A stretch of 31,661 nt of DNA, from positions 1 to 31,661 of the IMG/VR virus record IMGVR_UViG_3300020042_005941; one strand, 5' to 3'. The position numbers were made by a program, and so were the translations under genes. The stretch's first letter is position 1, and the number at the start of each line of letters is the position of its first letter. The notes beneath the pieces were generated by a model that was not told where the DNA came from, ran no database searches, and saw only the letters and a list, made by a program, of their open reading frames with translations. Shown here in pieces: positions 25,271 to 31,661 of the stretch. The DNA comes from a virus (Duplodnaviria > Caudoviricetes).

Positions 25271-26575
25271 TTAGAAGGTTGGTGTGATGAGACCAGTTCC
25301 GTTGATTTGTGCCCAAGCGTTTGGATAACGGTTTGCCGTGAAAGCGTTGTAGCCATACACGATCATCGTTACATCAAGCTCAGCGCCCTTCGGTTGCTCA
25401 AAGCGCAACAACATTGGGTTGCCGTTGTTCTGCTCCCACAGGTGAAGTTCCTGCGCGCTACCGATGTAGATCGTGTCTTGATCTGTTCCGGCGCCCTTGT
25501 TCGTAGCAACGGAAGCGTCAGTCACGACAGGCAAGCCTGCGATTGAGTAGCCGCTGTTTCCGTATTGCACGGAACCCGAACCGTAAGCGATTGGGTTCAT
25601 TGCTACCGGAGTAGGAACGGCCAATGGTCGCTTCTGGTCGTCAAGTGCAGCTAGGAAGAAAGCCAAGCGGCGCGGGTGCATGATAATCACATTTGGGCCA
25701 GCGAAGTAGGTTGTCTGTACCTTCTGAATTGCGTCCAAAAGCTTTGGATACATTTCAGAGACGGTCGGGGTGGCGTCGGTGTAGGTGACTGACTGGCCTG
25801 CGGAAGAAAACAATTCAGCGACGACAGCGGCGTTGAGTGTTGTCTGATATGCGCTAGTCAAATCTGCCATTACCAATGCGTCAATTCCGGTTCCGCGCTC
25901 TAGTGACTGACGGCTCACATTTTGCTGACCCGCGATTGTTACCACATTGAGGGTCAAGAGAGTGTCGTCCATGTTCGTTTCTTGCACGGCTGAACCTTCG
26001 GTCTGTGCCGCTACAGCTGTACCGGTGGTGACTTTGGAAAGGTTGATCGTCATACCGGAAGCTGGAAGCTCATGCTTTCGTGCGATATCCGCTGTTGGGC
26101 GGCCTGCGCGTGCGAAAGGTGCAGCAAGTTCAGTCAAGTATTGCGGGACAACCAAGCCGGCAAAGTTGGCGGTGGTTACATCGCGGCGCTCAATCCGTTC
26201 TTCGTTCATGTGGCGTGCCAAGCGCTCCTGCGCTGCGAAATCGCCCATGAATTGTGCTGAGTAAGCGTCGGCTACGAACGAAGTTGAAGCCTGTGCGGTG
26301 TATGTGCGTGCTTCACGCTTTACAACGGCCGGTGCCACATTTTCGCTGATCTTGTTCTGCTCGCGAAGCTTGGTGGCTTCCGCTGCACGCTGTTCTAGTT
26401 CGCCGTGTGTAGCGATCTGTGCGTCAAGTTCACGAACTTCGTCAAGCGCCTTTACAACAGCGGTGTCTTCGTCGCTGCTGAGGTCGCGTGCTTCTGTCTT
26501 TGCTGTTTCCACGATCGCGTCGGCCTTAGCCAAGATAGCGTCGCGCTTTTCAATGAGGGTCTTTGAGTAGCTCAT
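25271..26575 (-). CDS. Major capsid protein, HK97 fold with N-terminal delta domain
   Basis: Coiled N-terminus, AGLVVPQY, QTEG, VSRQSLE, IIMHPR, IAGLPVV; AGGAG RBS; follows the protease. Confidence 0.92.
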   Translation of the reverse strand: MSYSKTLIEKRDAILAKADAIVETAKTEARDLSSDEDTAVVKALDEVRELDAQIATHGELEQRAAEATKLREQNKISENVAPAVVKREARTYTAQASTSFVADAYSAQFMGDFAAQERLARHMNEERIERRDVTTANFAGLVVPQYLTELAAPFARAGRPTADIARKHELPASGMTINLSKVTTGTAVAAQTEGSAVQETNMDDTLLTLNVVTIAGQQNVSRQSLERGTGIDALVMADLTSAYQTTLNAAVVAELFSSAGQSVTYTDATPTVSEMYPKLLDAIQKVQTTYFAGPNVIIMHPRRLAFFLAALDDQKRPLAVPTPVAMNPIAYGSGSVQYGNSGYSIAGLPVVTDASVATNKGAGTDQDTIYIGSAQELHLWEQNNGNPMLLRFEQPKGAELDVTMIVYGYNAFTANRYPNAWAQINGTGLITPTF

Positions 26576-26658
26576 GCTTTTTCTCCTAGTTTGTTTGTCT
26601 GTTTGGGTTTTCTTAGTGCTTACAGACAGTGACGCTAGAAGCGCCGGCTGTGTCGCGG

Positions 26659-27249
26659 CTATTTATGACGCGCCAACCGGAGCTGCGCTGATCGCAGCTT
26701 CGTTGGAACGCTATCGGCCACTATATCAGCTTGATTTCTGCCGCGCAATTCGGCCACCGTTGCTTCGTATGCCGGAAAGGTCACAACGCTTACATCGTAA
26801 AGCTGCACCTCACGAAGCTCCCTAGTCATGCGATCGTTTGACCAACTATCTTTGATTGTGCGGAACGCGAAACTCATTTGGGTTAGATCGCCGCGCTTCA
26901 TGGCGGAAATAATACGCGCCGCGTCAGGGTTCATTGGGTCTAATTCGGCTTCAACGCGCAATCCCAACTCATCTTCTTCTAGCGCAAGGGTTCCGGATTT
27001 GGTGCGCGCAAGCGGCACGCCTTCGTGATCTATTAGAAGACGAACATCAGCGCCGTCGTTCAAGGTTTTCATGAAAGCTCCACGCTTCACATATTCAATA
27101 AACGGCATGGGTTCAGACGGGCTATCAAACACGGCCGCATAGCCGGTCAGCATATTGCCGTCACCTTCGGCGCGCATTTCCATATTGGAATAGACAACTG
27201 TCCGGCGTTCGTCTAGCGGAGCACTAACCCATTGAATTGTGTCGGTCAT
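26659..27249 (-). CDS. HK97-family prohead protease
   Basis: LTGYAAVFD, GAFMKTL, LLIDH, LARTKSGTL, QMSFAF, LYDVSVVTFPAY. Confidence 0.95.
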   Translation of the reverse strand: MTDTIQWVSAPLDERRTVVYSNMEMRAEGDGNMLTGYAAVFDSPSEPMPFIEYVKRGAFMKTLNDGADVRLLIDHEGVPLARTKSGTLALEEDELGLRVEAELDPMNPDAARIISAMKRGDLTQMSFAFRTIKDSWSNDRMTRELREVQLYDVSVVTFPAYEATVAELRGRNQADIVADSVPTKLRSAQLRLARHK

Positions 27250-27261
27250 AGTTTTCTCACT

Positions 27262-28215
27262 TTACTTTGCTTGATCTAACTTTTCCACAGTTCGTTCCGC
27301 GTATGTTTTCGCGCGAAGCGCCGAAGCTTTAGAAGCTCCACCGCCCCACAGAAGCATAGCCACTAAACCGGCCGTGATTTCATCTCCCTGCACCGCGTCA
27401 AGATCGCCGGTGTGTCGCGCAATCCAAGCGCCTATCTTCCGCCACTTTTCTTCCGTTACTTTGCCGCCCGCCATGTCGCGTGCTTCGTTCACGGTCTTCC
27501 TTAGAAGGCCGGAACCGCCAAACCCTTGTTCGTATAATGCCAAGCCGCGCTTAGCGCTTGCGCGCATAAAAGCCGGAGCCGACAAATCAACTTCCGCGCG
27601 TGCTTCGTAGCCTGCGCTTTCTTCTTCCGGTTCAATGCTTTCAACAATAAGGTTTTCCGGTATCACCCAAAGCTTACAAACGGCCATAGGGTTGATTTGT
27701 CCTTCAACGATTTCGCAAGCTTGCCCGCCCTTGTAGAAGATACAGCTGGCACAATAAATACCTTGTTCAACGAACGGCGAAGCCTCAACATAGTGCGCTC
27801 CGTCGGCCTTGCTTCCTTTATTGAATAGGCCGTACTGTTCCGCGATAGCTTCCAATGTTTCGTACATGGCGGCTTGTCTGCCGTTTAGCCCGCTTTCCGG
27901 ATACTCCGGCGTCAATTCTTCTTCCGGCGTCATTTCTTCTTCGGGCATAAGTTCCCGCATATCGTCAGACGGCTTCGGTAGGTCTGCGATAGGCGACAGG
28001 GTAGAAAGCTTGTGACCCACTACCGTATCGCTTGGCTCATATCCGTCGCCGCGTGCTTTGTAAACACGAATAAGTGCGGCGGGGTCTTCTTTAGTGCCCG
28101 TAATAGTAAAGCTGCTATCAGGAACATCAAGTGTTCCGTTGTCTTCTATGCGGGTAATTTGACCCCTAGCTTTACCGCCCGATGAGTTCCAAATAACAAA
28201 ATCGCCTGTCTTCAC
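27262..28215 (-). CDS. Multidomain head-module protein: Tudor/SH3-like N-domain, HiPIP-like Cys motif, helical C-domain
   Basis: KTGDFVIWNSSGGKARGQI; CASCIFYKGGQACEIVEGQINPMAVCKLW; AKRGL..ARDMA..WIARH..AMLLWGG. Confidence 0.6.
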   Translation of the reverse strand: MKTGDFVIWNSSGGKARGQITRIEDNGTLDVPDSSFTITGTKEDPAALIRVYKARGDGYEPSDTVVGHKLSTLSPIADLPKPSDDMRELMPEEEMTPEEELTPEYPESGLNGRQAAMYETLEAIAEQYGLFNKGSKADGAHYVEASPFVEQGIYCASCIFYKGGQACEIVEGQINPMAVCKLWVIPENLIVESIEPEEESAGYEARAEVDLSAPAFMRASAKRGLALYEQGFGGSGLLRKTVNEARDMAGGKVTEEKWRKIGAWIARHTGDLDAVQGDEITAGLVAMLLWGGGASKASALRAKTYAERTVEKLDQAK

Positions 28216-28227
28216 GGTCAGTCCAAA

Positions 28228-29421
28228 TTACCTTTCAGGCGGTATCGCGTCTGTACCGATTGTCGGAAGATCGCCGCCCTGTATTCCGGCTAACGCCGTT
28301 CCTAGCACCATGACGAACTGATCGCCGCCCTCATACGGTTCACGGTTTTCAATTTCGCGTGCTTCGTTCGGGGTCATCATGCCTGCGCTGATTTGTTCTT
28401 TAGCTGCATTGACGCGGGTTAGAAGATCGGCGCGCGTGAATTCGTCGGTGTTGAAGCGAACCCTTTGGCCTGCTGGAAGAAGATCGCTGAAAGCGTCTTC
28501 CAAACGGCGGCACCAAGGAAGAAGCGTGTACCGAACAAAGTTGATACCGGCGCTTTCAACATTTTGATATGTCTGCGTGTCTCCGCCGGTTCCGGCTAGC
28601 AAGTGCAACGGGATACGGTAGGCGCGGGCAATATCTCTCACGATACTTTCGCGGTGTTCCAACATTTGCATATCGGCGGCGCTGGTAGTAATGGAACGCC
28701 ATTTGATACCGCCGGTCAATACGGCCGGCCTACGGCGCTTGTAGTGAGCGTCTTCCCAAGTATTCCTCATGAGTTCGGCTTGCTCCGGCGTTAGTTCGCC
28801 GTCTGTTTCTAAGACGGAAGACGGCGTGGCGCCTTCGCCGTAGAATTGCGACAGAAATCTGTCCATTGCTAAACCCATGCCAATCGTGTTTCGCATAGCT
28901 TCTAGCGGGCTAATTCCTTTGAGTTGGTTCGGCAGAATAAGCCAATGGATACTTCTAATGTCCTTGTCTTCGTAAATATCTTGGCCGATTTTGTAGGTGA
29001 TTGAACCGTCTTGGTTTTCTACAAGGCCTTTGATCGCGTTCGGGTGTAGGTTCCGGATTTCTACCGGAAGGCCGGCTGTACCGCGCGGCGCGTAAAGGTA
29101 AGCATTTCCGTGAAGTGCCATAGTCAGCATGGTTTGGTGTACTAGCTGGAACATTGTTTGCTGCGCGTTCGGTCGCGAGAATACGCTTGGGGTCGGTAGG
29201 CGTTCCAAACGGCCGCCGCGCGTGCGTACTACTTCAAGCGGCATAACGGCCACCGCGTCTGATAACAAAGTTACGGCAGCAAGTAGGGCACTATGAGCGA
29301 ACGCGCTTGTTTCACTGACGATCTCGCCGGAATAGTTATTGAAGAACGGCCGCGCCGTGATTTGATACGGGTCTATGTTCGTCGGTAGTGCGCGCTGTTC
29401 CGATCTTTTCCATAAACTCAT
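28228..29421 (-). CDS. HK97-family portal protein
   Basis: RPNAQQT, LHGNAY, GISPL, IARAYRIP..L, YTLLPW..RLE, GMMTPNEAREIE. Confidence 0.95.
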   Translation of the reverse strand: MSLWKRSEQRALPTNIDPYQITARPFFNNYSGEIVSETSAFAHSALLAAVTLLSDAVAVMPLEVVRTRGGRLERLPTPSVFSRPNAQQTMFQLVHQTMLTMALHGNAYLYAPRGTAGLPVEIRNLHPNAIKGLVENQDGSITYKIGQDIYEDKDIRSIHWLILPNQLKGISPLEAMRNTIGMGLAMDRFLSQFYGEGATPSSVLETDGELTPEQAELMRNTWEDAHYKRRRPAVLTGGIKWRSITTSAADMQMLEHRESIVRDIARAYRIPLHLLAGTGGDTQTYQNVESAGINFVRYTLLPWCRRLEDAFSDLLPAGQRVRFNTDEFTRADLLTRVNAAKEQISAGMMTPNEAREIENREPYEGGDQFVMVLGTALAGIQGGDLPTIGTDAIPPER

Positions 29422-29561
29422 GCCGCTACTCCGCCCGCTACTACTAGAAGAACACCGGCAACGATAACAGACACAGGCACGCTAAAACAGCCGATACCAA
29501 CAACAATAAGTATTCCGCCTACAAGTTCGGCGCCGGTCGTGATGATAGCTCTGATTTTCAT
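29418..29561 (-). CDS. Small 2-TM membrane protein between terminase and portal
   Basis: MKIRAIITTGAELVGGILIVVGIG...; ATGA overlaps at both ends. Confidence 0.7.
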   Translation of the reverse strand: MKIRAIITTGAELVGGILIVVGIGCFSVPVSVIVAGVLLVVAGGVAA

Positions 29562-31063
29562 TTCCAAATATCCAATACCTTCGGGGTGATTTTTGTTTCG
29601 GGTCTTCTGCTGGCACGATCTACAGCCATAACCATAGCAATACAAGCGTCAATCTTTCGTTTTGACTTACCTTTTGATAAACGCCAACCGCTGTCCGTCA
29701 TACGCTGCGCGGCAGATAACACCTGATCTGTAAAGGTTGGGCTTCCGTCGTGGGCGATCTTGCCGCCAACAATTAGTTCGTAGATATGCCCGCAGGCCGG
29801 AACCATGCGCGAAGCCGTTTGGGGATATTCAACCATAGGCAAGCCGTCGTCAATCAGGATTTCCGCTGACCTTTGGAAGTAGGCGGGGTCAAACGCGAAT
29901 TCATTGACGCGATAGCTGCCGTGAAGCTCCCGTAGGTAGTTTTCAATGTCGGCCACATCAACTCCTTCGTCTTGCGGGTGCCAAATACGGGAACTAACAA
30001 CAATCCGGTCTTCTTGCGGCTGTGCTACGACAACCGCGATACTGTCGTGTTTCAACGCCATGTCTATCCCCGCCCAAACCGGAAGATCAGGGTCAAGCTT
30101 CCTGTCGCTCACGCATTGTTCCCAAGCTCCGGCCGGTAGCCAACTTTCCTGCGCGCGAACCCATTGGTTGAGGCGCCAACGCCTGAACGCGCTTTCGCTG
30201 CTCTGTTTTACCGCTGCCGCTAGGTCTTCGGGGTCTAACAAACCTTCAGCGACATTAGGGTTGGATTTGTACCACTCCTTTTTATCGTCCAACCGGCAAT
30301 CAGGCGAAGCTTCCCACCACCAAAACCCGAAAGCGGGGTCATCAACTTCCTTAGCTGCTACTGATTTACCGTACTGATACAGTTCTCCGGCAAGGGTATT
30401 GAGGTCATAGCCGGCGGTGGTAATAGAAACGGTCAAAGGTTCTAGGCGTGCACCGGAACCAAGCGTCATCTGATCGTAAAGATCGGTTGATTGTTGTGCC
30501 CAAAGTTCGTCAAATAGCACCAATGACGGGTTTAGTCCGGCTTGACCGCGAAACTCCGAAGACAACACGCGGAAGATAGAACCGAAGCGCGGCATTTCAA
30601 TGGCGTCGCGGTACACCTTACACTCAGCCGCCAAAAGCGGGTTATTGAGAATTTGAGAACGCGCCTCACCAAAGATAATTCGCGCCTGTTGCCTGTCCGA
30701 AGCTACGGCGTACACTTCCGCCCCCGCTTCGCCGGCGATCATGCCGTACACAGCAATAGTGGAGCCAATAAGTGATTTCCCTTGTTTGCGGGGTAAGCCG
30801 ATCAAAGCGCGACGGTACCGAAGCCGGCCGTCAGGCTTTCTTTCGTACAACGATTTCAATAGCCACTTCTGCCAATTAGTGAAGGCCAAAGGCTCTCCGG
30901 CACGAAACCCCTTCAACACCGTGAAATAGTCTGCGGCAAAGTCAATGATTTCGTTGCCGTCGGTCGGCTTATATAGTCGCGGCGTATAGAACGCCGGCGC
31001 CCACTTAGCTGCCGGATTTAGTGCGCTTGGCTGCGATACGCTGATTGAGTTCGCTGATACCAT
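29558..31063 (-). CDS. terL: Terminase large subunit
   Basis: FTNWQKW, PRKQGKS Walker A, VLFDEL Walker B, ITTAG, GIDMA, FDP and KIDACIA nuclease motifs. Confidence 0.97.
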   Translation of the reverse strand: MVSANSISVSQPSALNPAAKWAPAFYTPRLYKPTDGNEIIDFAADYFTVLKGFRAGEPLAFTNWQKWLLKSLYERKPDGRLRYRRALIGLPRKQGKSLIGSTIAVYGMIAGEAGAEVYAVASDRQQARIIFGEARSQILNNPLLAAECKVYRDAIEMPRFGSIFRVLSSEFRGQAGLNPSLVLFDELWAQQSTDLYDQMTLGSGARLEPLTVSITTAGYDLNTLAGELYQYGKSVAAKEVDDPAFGFWWWEASPDCRLDDKKEWYKSNPNVAEGLLDPEDLAAAVKQSSESAFRRWRLNQWVRAQESWLPAGAWEQCVSDRKLDPDLPVWAGIDMALKHDSIAVVVAQPQEDRIVVSSRIWHPQDEGVDVADIENYLRELHGSYRVNEFAFDPAYFQRSAEILIDDGLPMVEYPQTASRMVPACGHIYELIVGGKIAHDGSPTFTDQVLSAAQRMTDSGWRLSKGKSKRKIDACIAMVMAVDRASRRPETKITPKVLDIWK

Positions 31064-31472
31064 GCTGTTTGATCTCCCCTACTCCTAGTGTCTGACGATC
31101 TGTTGGCGAAAAGCCCAAGTCACCTAAAAGGCTAGTGATCTGCCGGTCAATCTCCCGAAGGCCGCGACGATCGCGCCAACTGTCCGGATTAGTCGCAACG
31201 CGGCCGCGTAACACCATACGCTCATCAACCAATTCGCAAGTAATCAAAACAAGCTCCCCGTCAATAGACGGCTTCAACCAAGCTGCACCTGAACGCCATA
31301 AACGGTTCCAAAGCTCCAAACCGTACTTATACAAAGGCCGTGCCGGTTCCGGCGCCCCGTGTACCGGAAGCGCTATCACTTGCGCTGTTGGTAGTGCGCG
31401 CTTGCCTAAGTTACCCAACCGGATTTTCTGCTCAACCGGCTTCGGCTTTCGGCCTGAACCCTTACCGCCCAC
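31005..31472 (-). CDS. terS: Terminase small subunit (P27-like), GTG start
   Basis: GRKPKP..K...GN.GKR and LGFSPTDR motifs; GGGGAG RBS before GTG 31472. Confidence 0.85.
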   Translation of the reverse strand: MGGKGSGRKPKPVEQKIRLGNLGKRALPTAQVIALPVHGAPEPARPLYKYGLELWNRLWRSGAAWLKPSIDGELVLITCELVDERMVLRGRVATNPDSWRDRRGLREIDRQITSLLGDLGFSPTDRQTLGVGEIKQHGISELNQRIAAKRTKSGS

Positions 31473-31558
31473 GCTTGCTCCCCTTCCATTTCCGAACCGG
31501 TAACGATACCAACCAAACAAGGACAAACACGAACCAAACCCCGCCAAACCCCTTTAGC

Positions 31559-31661
31559 TTTGGAAATGAAAATCAGAGCTATCATCACGACCGGCGCCGA
31601 ACTTGTAGGCGGAATACTTATTGTTGTTGGTATCGGCTGTTTTAGCGTGCCTGTGTCTGTT
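31559..31661. repeat. Inverted copy of 29466-29568 (103 bp)
   Basis: The window end is the reverse complement of the terL end/small membrane gene. Confidence 0.95.

Noticed and set aside
31473-31547. N-terminal extension of terS given in the ORF track
   Set aside because: A good RBS precedes GTG 31472 and the family motif starts there.
142-31645. Plus-strand ORFs in the supplied track
   Set aside because: They are antisense shadows of well-supported minus-strand genes with no recognisable motifs. The end of 31340..31645 comes from the duplicated terminus.
1-31661. Terminal inverted repeats or hairpin telomeres of a linear genome
   Set aside because: The two ends do not match each other. 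Each copies an internal coding segment, and no protelomerase or protein-primed polymerase is recognisable.

Overview
This window is an almost complete ~31.7 kb tailed dsDNA phage genome (siphovirus-like, HK97-type head), with every credible gene on the minus strand. Read in transcription order (right to left), it carries: terS/terL, portal, a three-domain head gene with a HiPIP-like Cys motif, prohead protease, major capsid, connectors, two tandem tail-tube paralogs, a -1 frameshifted tail chaperone, tape measure and tail tip/fibre genes; then a sulfotransferase-like gene, a PA14 surface protein, lysis genes and a metallophosphoesterase; then two early units, each with a twin sigma70-type promoter and a shared leader hairpin, covering YqaJ, an annealing protein, WhiB, nucleases, a replication initiator and a transglycosylase. 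WhiB points to an actinobacterial host. The standout is a tightly packed cassette at 165-3077: ParB-like, TET/JBP-like 2OG-Fe(II) dioxygenase, amino acid:DNA transferase-like (aGPT-PPlase clade 2) and P-loop kinase, directly upstream of the packaging-type HNH. I recognised no DNA methyltransferase, dUMP hydroxymethylase or DNA polymerase, so the cassette suggests a wholly post-replicative thymine hypermodification route. Other signals: a perfect four-way-junction structure at 3774-3835, apparent avoidance of TCGA and CCNGG, and inverted duplications at both contig ends (probable chimeric artefacts). All family calls come from motif recognition by eye; no database searches were run.
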